Assembly: GCA_050696355.1 (NCBI GenBank) | Contig: JBOGVD010000002.1 | Coordinates: forward strand, 1,741-65,740 | Length of the DNA: 64,000 bases | DNA from: Actinomycetota bacterium | Lineage (GTDB): Bacteria; Actinomycetota; UBA4738; HRBIN12 | Reading direction: 5' to 3' | Shown here: positions 44,763 to 52,914 of the stretch, piece after piece | Layout of the letters: each line of letters opens with the position of its first letter | How positions within the stretch are numbered: the first letter of the stretch is position 1 | Notes under the pieces: generated by a model | What the model saw: the letters and a program-made list of their open reading frames with translations, nothing else | What the model was told of the DNA's origin: nothing | The model's database searches: none | Program-made: the position numbers and the translations under genes

Positions 44763-45160
44763 ACGTGCGACGTGACGAAGCGGGGCTCGTCGGCAAGGTG
44801 ATCATCGTCTGGCTGCTCTTCCTCGCCGTGATCGCCGTCGCGGCGATCGATGCGGCGTCGATCGCGTTCACCACCTACCGGCTCTCCGACGTGAGCACGA
44901 CCGCGGCGAGCGAAGGAGCGATCGTCTACAAGCGGGACCGCAGCGTCCGTGAGACCTGTGAGCGGGTCGCGCAGGTCCTGGCCGACGAGGATCCCACCGC
45001 CAGGCTGACGCGAGGCGGCTGCAGCGTCGAGCGCCCGACCGGCGCCGTCACGGTGAGGGTCAGGAAGAGGGCGAGCACCCTGCTCGCGCACCGCATCCCG
45101 TGGACGGAGCAGTTCGCCTCCGTCGTCGTGACGGAATCCATCGGACCGCCCTCGCTGTAG
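44759..45160 (+). CDS. Hypothetical single-pass membrane protein
   Basis: 133 aa. The GTG start overlaps the murJ stop by 4 nt. It has an N-terminal TM helix. The TadE-like flavour is weak, so no family assignment is made. Confidence 0.6.
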   Translation: MNVRRDEAGLVGKVIIVWLLFLAVIAVAAIDAASIAFTTYRLSDVSTTAASEGAIVYKRDRSVRETCERVAQVLADEDPTARLTRGGCSVERPTGAVTVRVRKRASTLLAHRIPWTEQFASVVVTESIGPPSL

Positions 45161-45170
45161 CGTTCGCACC

Positions 45171-45767
45171 GTGGACGCCCCCGAGACCGACACGCAGCTC
45201 GTCCGGCGTTTCCAGGAAGGGAGCGCCGAGGCCTTCGAGGTGCTCGTGCACCGACACGGTGCGCGCATCTACAACCTGTGCCTCCGGATCCTCGGTGACG
45301 CGGACGAGGCGGCCGATGCCTCGCAGGACACCTTCCTGTCCGCACTTCGGAAGCTGAGCACGTTCCGCGGGGACGCCGCCTTCACCACCTGGATCCATCG
45401 GGTTGCGGTCAACGCGTGCTACGACTCTCTGCGGCGCAAGCGCCGTCGCCCGCTCCTCCGGATGGTCACGGACGAGACCGAGGAGCGTCGGGAGCTCTCC
45501 CTTCCGGCTCCTGACCACGCCGAGGGGGTCGTGCTCTCCGTCGACGTCGCGAACGCGCTGCTCCAGGTCCCGGAGGAGTTCCGCGTCGTCCTGGTGCTCG
45601 CGGACGTGCAGGATCTCCCCTACGACGAGATCGCAACGGTGCTGGCGATCCCGGTGGGGACGGTGAAATCCCGGGTCTTCCGTGGAAGGGCGGCGCTCGG
45701 GCGGGCGATGGGCCTCGTGAAGGGGGAACCCTCGCGAGCGTCGCGGTCGTCAGAGGAAGAGTCATGA
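45171..45767 (+). CDS. ECF (sigma-70 family group IV) RNA polymerase sigma factor
   Basis: 198 aa. Region 2: FE.LV.RH...IYN.C.RILGD..EA.DA.QDTF..A; WIHR.A.N.C.D. Region 4: R.V..L.D.Q.L.Y.EIA..L.IP.GTVKSR. It occupies the position of sigM in mycobacterial synteny. Confidence 0.92.
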   Translation: MDAPETDTQLVRRFQEGSAEAFEVLVHRHGARIYNLCLRILGDADEAADASQDTFLSALRKLSTFRGDAAFTTWIHRVAVNACYDSLRRKRRRPLLRMVTDETEERRELSLPAPDHAEGVVLSVDVANALLQVPEEFRVVLVLADVQDLPYDEIATVLAIPVGTVKSRVFRGRAALGRAMGLVKGEPSRASRSSEEES

Positions 45768-46489
45768 AGCATCCGTACGAGCTGCTCGCCGATCTCGTGG
45801 ACGGCACCCTGGACGAGGGCGACCTCGCCGGGGTGCGGGCGCATCTGGACGCCTGCCTCTCGTGTCGTCGGGATCTTGCCGACGCGACGGCGGGCGCCGG
45901 AGCGGCCCGATCGCTCCCCGTTGAGCGCGCGCCCGCCGATCTTCATCGGCGCGTCCTCAGCCGCAACGGTGGCCGCGGCACCCCCACGTGGTACAGGTGG
46001 GCCGGGGTGGCGGCCGCCGCCGCGACGATCGTGGCGGTCGCGATCGCCCTTCCCAACGTCGGAGACGACAAGTCCGACCAGGTCACACGCGCGGAGAACA
46101 CGACCGGAGGTCAGGCCGCGGGATCGTCCTCGGAGGCGGCGCCGTTCGCGGACGAGGTGCTCCTCACGGTCGAGGACCGGGACTACGACGCGGGTGACCT
46201 TCGGGAGTTGGCCCGGTCCGCCGACGACGCCGCCCCCGATCAGGTCTCCTCGGCGGATGCCGCTCGGGAGGATCCCGCCGCCGCCGTTCGATGCGTATCC
46301 CAGGCCTTCAAGAGCCAGCAGCTCGGCCGCGTGACCCGGTTGATCCGAGCACGGTTCGAGGGACGCGACGCCTACATCGCGGTCGCGCTGGAAGGCCCCG
46401 GGGCCGGTGAGCCGCCGGATACCGGGGCCGTCTTCGCGGCCTCCTCGGACGACTGCTCGGTCCTCTCGTTCGCCTCCGCCCGGATCTGA
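45764..46489 (+). CDS. Anti-sigma factor (zf-HC2 type), single-pass membrane
   Basis: 241 aa. It overlaps the sigma-factor gene by 4 nt. The zinc-finger motif H..AC..C is present (AHLDACLSC), with a central TM helix. Confidence 0.85.
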   Translation: MKHPYELLADLVDGTLDEGDLAGVRAHLDACLSCRRDLADATAGAGAARSLPVERAPADLHRRVLSRNGGRGTPTWYRWAGVAAAAATIVAVAIALPNVGDDKSDQVTRAENTTGGQAAGSSSEAAPFADEVLLTVEDRDYDAGDLRELARSADDAAPDQVSSADAAREDPAAAVRCVSQAFKSQQLGRVTRLIRARFEGRDAYIAVALEGPGAGEPPDTGAVFAASSDDCSVLSFASARI

Positions 46490-46567
46490 TCCACCGACGT
46501 CCGCATCCCCGTGGGAAGGAACCGGCGCAAGGGCGGCGTTCTGGTCGTGTGGGAGGATGACCGACGC

Positions 46568-47521
46568 ATGACCAGCCAGAGCCTGAACGACGTCCGGAAC
46601 CTGATCGTGATCGGTTCGGGCCCGGCCGGATTCACCGCGGCGCTGTACGCGGCCCGCGCCAACCTCGAGCCCCTGGTCCTGAAGGGCGTGGAGGCCGGCG
46701 GCCAGCTGATGCTCACCACGGACGTCGAGAACTATCCGGGCTTCGTCGATGGCATCCTGGGCCCGGAGCTCATGGACCAGATGGAGAAGCAGGCCGCGCG
46801 GTTCGGGGCCGAGATCCTCTCCGTCCACGTCACGAAGGTCGACTTCTCCTCGCGCCCGTTCCGGGTGTGGGCCGGCGACCAGGAGTGGCGAGCGCGGACG
46901 GTCGTGATCGCGACGGGCGCGACCGCGAAGTGGCTGGACGTGCCCGGAGAGTCGAAGCTCCGAGGCCGCGGCGTCTCCGCCTGCGCGACGTGTGACGGAT
47001 TCTTCTTCCGCGATCGCGAGCTGGTGGTGGTCGGCGGAGGTGACTCCGCGATGGAGGAGGCCACGTTCCTCACGAAGTTCGCATCCAAGGTAACGATCGT
47101 GCATCGGCGGGACGAGTTCCGCGCCTCGAAGATCATGCAGGAGCGAGCCCTGTCGAACCCCAAGATCGACGTCGTCTGGAAAACGGAGGTGGCCGAGATC
47201 CTCGGCGAGGACGCCGTGACCGGGGTCCTGCTCCGCGACACCTCCACCGGGGAGACGCGGGAGCTCCGCACCGACGGCGTGTTCATGGCGATCGGGCACA
47301 CCCCCAACACGGAGCTCTTCGTCGACCGGTTGGACCTCGACCCCGACGGGTACGTCCTGATCCAGGAGCCGCAGACCCAGACGTCGGTCGAAGGCGTGTT
47401 CGCCGCCGGCGATGTCACCGACCGGGTCTACCGTCAGGCGGTCACGGCCGCCGGACAGGGGTGCAAGGCGGCCATGGATGCGGAGCGTCTGCTCGAAGCC
47501 GAGGCGCACGCCACGGGCTGA
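46568..47521 (+). CDS. trxB: Thioredoxin-disulfide reductase
   Basis: Start is ATG 46568 (an upstream in-frame start at 46511 is possible). Motifs: GSGPAG, redox centre CATCDG, GGGDSA, GHTPNT. Confidence 0.94.
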   Translation: MTSQSLNDVRNLIVIGSGPAGFTAALYAARANLEPLVLKGVEAGGQLMLTTDVENYPGFVDGILGPELMDQMEKQAARFGAEILSVHVTKVDFSSRPFRVWAGDQEWRARTVVIATGATAKWLDVPGESKLRGRGVSACATCDGFFFRDRELVVVGGGDSAMEEATFLTKFASKVTIVHRRDEFRASKIMQERALSNPKIDVVWKTEVAEILGEDAVTGVLLRDTSTGETRELRTDGVFMAIGHTPNTELFVDRLDLDPDGYVLIQEPQTQTSVEGVFAAGDVTDRVYRQAVTAAGQGCKAAMDAERLLEAEAHATG

Positions 47522-47598
47522 GGGAATCGCGGCGCCGTCGCGCGCGTTGCAGGCACGACCCGCCGGGCGAGACGCCGGGCGGACCGAGAGGAGAAGAG

Positions 47599-47925
47599 AT
47601 GGCCAACATCGGAGACGTGAACGACACCCAGTTCCAGGCGAACGTGCTCGATTCCGAGACCCCGGTCCTCGTGGACTTCTGGGCCGAGTGGTGCGTGCCG
47701 TGCCACATGGTCTCGCCGGTCGTCGAGGAGATCGGCCAGGAGAAGGGTCAGGACCTGAAAGTCGCCAAGCTGAACATCGACGAGAACCCCGACGCCACCC
47801 GCACGTACGGCGTGATGTCGATACCGTCGCTCATCCTCTTCAAGGCCGGCAAGGAGGTCGCACGCGTGACGGGGGCGCGGCCCAAGGACGCGATCCTGCG
47901 CGACCTCGACCCGCATCTGTCGTAG
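47599..47925 (+). CDS. trxA: Thioredoxin (active site WCVPC)
   Basis: 108 aa. The sequences VLVDFWAEWCVPCHMVSPV and GVMSIPSLILFK indicate a thioredoxin fold. The usual WCGPC Gly is replaced by Val. Confidence 0.92.
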   Translation: MANIGDVNDTQFQANVLDSETPVLVDFWAEWCVPCHMVSPVVEEIGQEKGQDLKVAKLNIDENPDATRTYGVMSIPSLILFKAGKEVARVTGARPKDAILRDLDPHLS

Positions 47926-47996
47926 GAGCCCGCGTCCCAGCGTCGCCGCTCGCGACGGTTGCCGTCGCCCGGCGGCCCCACGCAGACTCGGACCCG

Positions 47997-49025
47997 ATGC
48001 GTATCTTCGGTGCGGGGGACAGCGGTCCTGAGATCACGGACATCCAGTCGAGGCTGCAGGCGCTGGGCGCCGTCATCGACGACGCCGAGCGTGGTGGCCC
48101 GTTCGGGCCCTCCATGGAGGCTGCCGTTCGCTCGTTCCAGCGCGAACGTCATCTCCGGGTCGACGGTCTCGTGGGGCCGGACACCTGGGAACAGCTCGTG
48201 GAGGCCGGGTGGCAGCTCGGCGACCGGACGCTGTACCACCGGGCGCCGATGTTCCGAGGCGACGACGTCCGCGAGCTCCAGCGGAAGCTCAACGCGCTGG
48301 GCTTCGACAGCGGCAAGGAGGACGGCTTCTACGGACCGCGGACCGACGCGGCGCTCCGGGTGTTCCAGCGCAACGTCGGGGACGAGCCCGACGGGATCGT
48401 CGGCCCGCACACCCTTTCCGTCCTGCGGCGAATGCGCCCGCTCGATGCGGTTCCGTCACGCGCCCTGGTGCGCGAGCGAGAGGAGCTCCAGGCCTCTCGC
48501 GGACCGATCGAGGGCCGGGTGATCGCCGTTGACGTCGGTGAGGGCCCCCGCTCGGGGGACGACGTCCACCGGCGCGCCGCGGAGGCGCTCGTCGACGAGC
48601 TCCGGGCGGTCGGCGCGGATGCGCGGCTCTTGGCCGGCGAGGATGCGGCCGCGCCGTCTGATCGAGCCCGCCTGGCGAACGACGCCGGCGCGTCCGCATC
48701 GATCACCGTGGAGCTGAGCGCCCGGGAGCCCGAAGGTAGTGCGGGGCCGATCTGTTGCTACTTCGGCAGCCGCACCACCCACTCCCCCTCCGGACTCGTT
48801 CTGGCGCAATTGATCTTGGAGGAGCTCGAAGCCGCGCTCGGGATGCCGGGCGTCCTGGAGCCGCTCACGATCGCCCCGCTGCGGGAGACACGGATGCCGG
48901 CGGTCCAGGTCGAACCCTTGACGGGAGCCGGCGAGGTGGACGAGGCCGTGTCGCGGGATCCCGACCTGCCGAGACGCATCGCCCGCGCCGTAGCGGTGGG
49001 GGTAGGCCGGTACTTCTCCGGCTAG
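47997..49025 (+). CDS. cwlM: CwlM-type protein: two PG_binding_1 repeats + Amidase_3-like domain with degenerate zinc site
   Basis: 342 aa. There are two peptidoglycan-binding repeats: the first contains V..FQRERHLRVDGLVGPDTW and the second LQ..L..LGFD.G..DG.YGP.T..A...FQ. In the amidase-like domain, DVGEGP replaces DPGHGG and ITVELSA replaces SIHANA. The position matches cwlM in mycobacterial synteny. Confidence 0.88.
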   Translation: MRIFGAGDSGPEITDIQSRLQALGAVIDDAERGGPFGPSMEAAVRSFQRERHLRVDGLVGPDTWEQLVEAGWQLGDRTLYHRAPMFRGDDVRELQRKLNALGFDSGKEDGFYGPRTDAALRVFQRNVGDEPDGIVGPHTLSVLRRMRPLDAVPSRALVREREELQASRGPIEGRVIAVDVGEGPRSGDDVHRRAAEALVDELRAVGADARLLAGEDAAAPSDRARLANDAGASASITVELSAREPEGSAGPICCYFGSRTTHSPSGLVLAQLILEELEAALGMPGVLEPLTIAPLRETRMPAVQVEPLTGAGEVDEAVSRDPDLPRRIARAVAVGVGRYFSG

Positions 49026-49132
49026 GGACGCCGGCGCGCCAGCATCACCAACACGAGACCGAGAGCGGCGCCCAGCAGCGAGGCCGTCACCGCCCGCTCC
49101 TCCTCCGTCGGCTCCCGCCGCTCGCGTGCCAT
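49022..49132 (-). CDS. Possible 36-aa membrane micro-protein (not in ORF track)
   Basis: ATG (cat at 49130-49132) to TAG (cta at 49022-49024) encodes MARERREPTEEERAVTASLLGAALGLVLVMLARRRP, a charged N-terminus plus one TM helix. There is no obvious RBS. Confidence 0.25.
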   Translation of the reverse strand: MARERREPTEEERAVTASLLGAALGLVLVMLARRRP

Positions 49133-49309
49133 AGGGCCAGGCTACCGAACCTCGTCGAACGGCCGGACGTTCCTGCCGCGCGCGTTCCGGGTGACGCGCC
49201 CTTCACGGGGGAGATCCCCGGCCGCGGCCGGGGTCACTGGGATAGGCGCTCCTGCTCGGTCGATCTCAGCGAGCGAGGAGGTGGTTGCTCCTTCGTATGA
49301 CGGTATCGC

Positions 49310-50200
49310 TCAGTCCGGGGCGAGCCCCGGTCCTGACCCGATGATCTCCGAGACGATCCTCTCGAGGTCGTCGGCGGAACCGAACTCGATCAGCACCTGA
49401 CCGCGCTTCCGGCCCATGCGGATCGCGACCCGGGTGGCGAGCTGCTCGGAGAGGATCTCCTCGACCTCCGCCAGGTTCGGGTCCCCAGGCTCCCCCGGCG
49501 CGGCTTCCTTCTTGGGTCGCGGTTCCGCCGGACCCTCGATGAATCGTCGAACGACCTCTTCCGTCTCGCGGACCGAGAGGTCTTCTGCTGCAACCCGTAG
49601 CGATAGCGAGGAGATCGCTTCCGCGTCACCGAGCGCGAGGAGTGCCCGTGCATGGCCCGCCGAGATCTTCTCGTCGGTCAGGAGCTGTTGCACCTCAAGC
49701 GGCAGAGCGAGGAGCCGGATCGTGTTCGCGATGTGGGACCTGGAGACCCCGACCCGGTCGGCGAGCTCTTCCTGCTTGAGGCCGAGCTCGTCCAGCAGCT
49801 GCCGGAATGCCTCGCCCAGCTCGATCGGGTTGAGATCCTCCCGATGGATATTCTCGATGAGCGCTTCTCTGAGCAGGTCCGCGTCTTCGGAGTCGCGCAG
49901 GACGACGGGCACCGTGGCGAGACCCGCCAGCTTCGCCGCTCGAAGTCGTCGCTCCCCCGTGACGACCTCGTAGCCCTGCCCGGCCCTGCGGACGACGATC
50001 GGCTGGAGGATCCCGACCTCGCGGATCGAGGCTGCGAGCTCACGCAGGGTCTCGTCGTCGAACCGGCTCCTGGGCTGCTTCGGGTTCGGCGCGATCGCAC
50101 CAGCAGGGACCTCCAGGAGTCCCGTGCTCTGCTCTCCGGCCTCCGGTGCGCCGGGGATCAGCGCTGAGAGCCCACGCCCCAGCCCCCCTCGTTTGGACAT
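49310..50200 (-). CDS. parB: Chromosome partitioning protein ParB (CTPase, parS-binding)
   Basis: The start is placed at ATG (cat at 50198-50200), which overlaps the parA stop (TGATG). Motifs: MSKRGGLGRGLSALI, GERRLRAAK arginine patch, HTH ELADRVGVSRSHIANTIRLL. Confidence 0.93.
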   Translation of the reverse strand: MSKRGGLGRGLSALIPGAPEAGEQSTGLLEVPAGAIAPNPKQPRSRFDDETLRELAASIREVGILQPIVVRRAGQGYEVVTGERRLRAAKLAGLATVPVVLRDSEDADLLREALIENIHREDLNPIELGEAFRQLLDELGLKQEELADRVGVSRSHIANTIRLLALPLEVQQLLTDEKISAGHARALLALGDAEAISSLSLRVAAEDLSVRETEEVVRRFIEGPAEPRPKKEAAPGEPGDPNLAEVEEILSEQLATRVAIRMGRKRGQVLIEFGSADDLERIVSEIIGSGPGLAPD

Positions 50201-51774
50201 CAATCGCCTCCCTTGCGGAACATCCGCCACCGCCGCTTCCGGCCCTTCTCCTCGTCCAACGTCGCACCGATACCGGCCATCCCTTCTCGCGGCTCGCTCG
50301 TGGACGTCGGAGGGTCTTCCTGACCGGCATCGATATCCGAGTTCTCGTCGATGACCACCACCCGCCGCCGAGGCAGCTCACCCGGAGGGAGAGGTCTCGA
50401 CGGAGGCTTGACCCGAGGCTCGTGCTGCGATGGAGGCTCCTCCCAGACATCGTCGGCACCCGTGTCCCGCCGGCTCGCCTCCTGCCCGGACGGGTGGGAA
50501 GGCGGGACGGAGGCGGCCTCCTCGTGAAGCTCGGACTCAGCCGATACCTCGGGGGGCTCCGGGGCGGGCTCCGGTTCGGGCTCCGGTTCGGGCTCCGGTT
50601 GGGGTTCAGGTTCGCGTTGCGGCGGCTCGGCCTCTGGCATCGGCTCAGCCTCTGGCACAAGCTCGGCCTCGCGTTGCGATGTAGTGGCCGATCCATGCTC
50701 GGCACCCGGCAGAGGCTCGGGCTCCGGCTCTGCCAGGACCGTCGCGCTCTCCGCCACAGGGACCTCGGCTGCGGAGCCGTTCGACCTTTCGGGGCTCCCG
50801 TCCACCGAGGGGGCATCCACCGAGTCGCGCTCCATCGGAGCCATCACCACGATCGGCATCTCGTCGAACGCCGGCATCGGGGCGTCCGGGGGCGGCCGGA
50901 GGGCGACCTCCCGGGCGAGCTGACGGTAGGCTTCGGCCCCCTTCGATCGCGGGTCGTAGACCGTGATCGGCTGCCCGAAGCCCGGCGCTTCGGAGAGACG
51001 GACGGTCCGGGGGATGATGACGCCGTAGACGAGGTCGCCGAAGTAGCGCTGGACCTCTTGGACGACCTGCTCGGACAGCTTGGTCCGCGGGTCGTACATC
51101 GTCATCACGATCCCCGAGAGTCGCAACCCCGAGTTGATGTTCTGCTGCACCAGCGAGACGTTGCGGAGCAGCTGCCCGAGGCCCTCCAGGGCGTAGTACT
51201 CACACTGGATCGGCACGATCAGCTCCTCGGCGGCCGTGAGGGCGTTGATCGTCAAGAGGCCGAGCGAGGGAGGGCAGTCGAGGAAGATGAAGTCATACAC
51301 GCCGTGGACGACGGGCTTCATCGCTTTCTTCAGCCGGGTCTCCCGCGAGAACTGGGATACGAGCTCGATCTCGGCCCCGGCGAGATCGATGGTCGCGGGG
51401 ACGGCGTGGAGTCGCTCGACGGGTGTGGGGACGATCGCGTGCTCGATCTCCGCCTCAGCGACCACGACGTCATACACGGTGACGTCTCGAGCGTCATGCC
51501 GGATGCCCATCCCGGTGGAGGCATTGCCCTGTGGATCGAGGTCCGCGACCAACACGCGATAGCCGATATCGGCCAGGGCGGCTCCGAGGCTGACTGCGGT
51601 CGTGCTCTTCCCGACACCGCCCTTCTGGTTCGCGATGGCGATGATCCGGGCCTTGCCCGGCACCTCGGGGACGACCGGATCCTTCTGTCGCGACCGCTTG
51701 GGCTTGGGTGGCGATGTACGGGCGGAAGCCGCGGGCGCGACGGGCCGAGCTGTGCGGGCGGAAGCCTTGCTCAC
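50200..51774 (-). CDS. parA: Chromosome partitioning ATPase ParA/Soj with long acidic Pro/Glu-rich C-terminal extension
   Basis: 524 aa. The GTG start overlaps the rsmG stop (GTGA). The deviant Walker A is NQKGGVGKST. The ParA core ends near residue ~295 (AYRQLAREV). After that come ~230 residues of low complexity (EPEPQPEPEPEPEPEPAPEP...) ending in KGRKRRWRMFRKGGD. Confidence 0.9.
   Translation of the reverse strand: MSKASARTARPVAPAASARTSPPKPKRSRQKDPVVPEVPGKARIIAIANQKGGVGKSTTAVSLGAALADIGYRVLVADLDPQGNASTGMGIRHDARDVTVYDVVVAEAEIEHAIVPTPVERLHAVPATIDLAGAEIELVSQFSRETRLKKAMKPVVHGVYDFIFLDCPPSLGLLTINALTAAEELIVPIQCEYYALEGLGQLLRNVSLVQQNINSGLRLSGIVMTMYDPRTKLSEQVVQEVQRYFGDLVYGVIIPRTVRLSEAPGFGQPITVYDPRSKGAEAYRQLAREVALRPPPDAPMPAFDEMPIVVMAPMERDSVDAPSVDGSPERSNGSAAEVPVAESATVLAEPEPEPLPGAEHGSATTSQREAELVPEAEPMPEAEPPQREPEPQPEPEPEPEPEPAPEPPEVSAESELHEEAASVPPSHPSGQEASRRDTGADDVWEEPPSQHEPRVKPPSRPLPPGELPRRRVVVIDENSDIDAGQEDPPTSTSEPREGMAGIGATLDEEKGRKRRWRMFRKGGD
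50554..50614. repeat. Imperfect 12-nt tandem repeat (about 5 units) inside the parA 3' region
   Basis: On the + strand, GGGCTCCGGGGC GGGCTCCGGTTC GGGCTCCGGTTC GGGCTCCGGTTG GGGTTCAGGTTC. It encodes the (EP)n tract on the minus strand. A second imperfect ~18-nt duplication follows at 50621-50660. Confidence 0.8.
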
Positions 51775-52364
51775 TGTCGGGTCATGATAACGATGGGTCC
51801 GCGGCTTTCAAGGGCAGGCTCATCTGCCGTGCGGAGGAGGGCACCTGCCGGTACGTCGCTCGGCCGAAACGTTCTTCCTGCCCAGTAGATGAGCATCCCT
51901 TCCGGCACAAGTACGGACGCGGCGATGCTCCAGCTCCTCGAGACGTCCCCGAGGCCTCTGGCCAGAGCGGCGGCGTAGTGAGGCGAGAGCCCCTGGGCTG
52001 GTCCGGCGAACACCCGAACGTTGGGGAGGACGAGCTGCTCCACGACCAACTCGAGGAAGGCCGCTCGCGCCTGCCTCGGCTCGACCAGGGTGAGGCTCAG
52101 ATCGGGCCGCGCGACGGCGACCGGGACACCCGGGAGTCCGGCCCCGGAACCGAGGTCCACGACCGGCCCGATGTCTCGGTCGATGTAGGGGACCGCCCGG
52201 AGGCTGTCGAGGACATGCCGGTCGTGGAGATGGTCCGAATCGGCGAAAGCGACCATCCCGCGGGGGACCGCTCGCTCGAGGAGAAGCTGCTCGTACCTGT
52301 CGAGTGTCTCGACCTGCACGGGCGAGAGGCTCGAGGTCCAACCCTCATGTTTCACGTGAAACAC
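51771..52364 (-). CDS. rsmG: 16S rRNA (guanine527-N7)-methyltransferase RsmG (GidB)
   Basis: 197 aa. Motifs: H..DSL, SAM motif VVDLGSGAGLPG.P.A. The GTG start lies within the parS palindrome, and a more downstream start is possible. Confidence 0.9.
   Translation of the reverse strand: MFHVKHEGWTSSLSPVQVETLDRYEQLLLERAVPRGMVAFADSDHLHDRHVLDSLRAVPYIDRDIGPVVDLGSGAGLPGVPVAVARPDLSLTLVEPRQARAAFLELVVEQLVLPNVRVFAGPAQGLSPHYAAALARGLGDVSRSWSIAASVLVPEGMLIYWAGRTFRPSDVPAGALLRTADEPALESRGPIVIMTRQ
52348..52363. other. parS centromere-like site (perfect consensus)
   Basis: TGTTTCACGTGAAACA is a 16-bp perfect palindrome identical to the widely conserved ParB-binding consensus tGTTNCACGTGAAACa. It lies at the extreme 5' end of rsmG. 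Confidence 0.85.
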
Positions 52365-52387
52365 GGATCTCCCTAGCGTGGGGCCTC

Positions 52388-52912
52388 TCAGAGAGGCCGG
52401 ACAACCACGAATCGGTCGGGATCGGCCCCCTCGGAGACGCTTTCCAACCCGTCGAACTCCGCCACGGCATCGTGCACGAGCTTCCTCTGGTAGGCGTTCA
52501 TGGGGTCGAGCTGCTCAGAATCACCGGTCCGGAGCACTCGTTCGGCGACTTCACGGGCGTTCTCGACCAAGCGCTCCTCCTGCTGCTTCCGATAGTCGCC
52601 GACGTCGACGAGCACACGGATCCGGTCGTCCAGCCGCCGCCCGACCGCCGTCCGCGCGAGCTCCTGGATGGCGTCCAAGGTCTGCCCTTGGCGCCCGATC
52701 AACAGGCTCATGTCTTCTTCTGGCCCGTCGACGATGTCCACGTAGACATGCCCCCGATGCGTGGCGGGCTCGGCGATGGCGTCGATCCCCATACGCTCGA
52801 GGAGCTCCTCGACGAAGTCTGCGATGGCATCAGCCTGCTCCTCGAGGTCCGCACCTTCGGCGTCAACGACGCTTCCGTGGTCGGCTTCCATCGATCCAGC
52901 GTCTCCCTCCAT
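52388..52912 (-). CDS. jag: Jag/KhpB-like RNA-binding protein (KH + R3H domains)
   Basis: 174 aa. KH-like LLIGRQGQTLDAIQEL. R3H-like L.PMNAYQRKLVHDAV....L.S.SEG..P.R.VVV. Confidence 0.9.
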   Translation of the reverse strand: MEGDAGSMEADHGSVVDAEGADLEEQADAIADFVEELLERMGIDAIAEPATHRGHVYVDIVDGPEEDMSLLIGRQGQTLDAIQELARTAVGRRLDDRIRVLVDVGDYRKQQEERLVENAREVAERVLRTGDSEQLDPMNAYQRKLVHDAVAEFDGLESVSEGADPDRFVVVRPL

Positions 52913-52914
52913 GG

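Noticed and set aside
50554-50660. Short tandem repeats considered as a CRISPR array or minisatellite
   Set aside because: The units are 12-18 nt, contiguous and without spacers. They are in frame within parA, where they encode an (EP)n tract, so this is a coding low-complexity repeat and not a CRISPR array.
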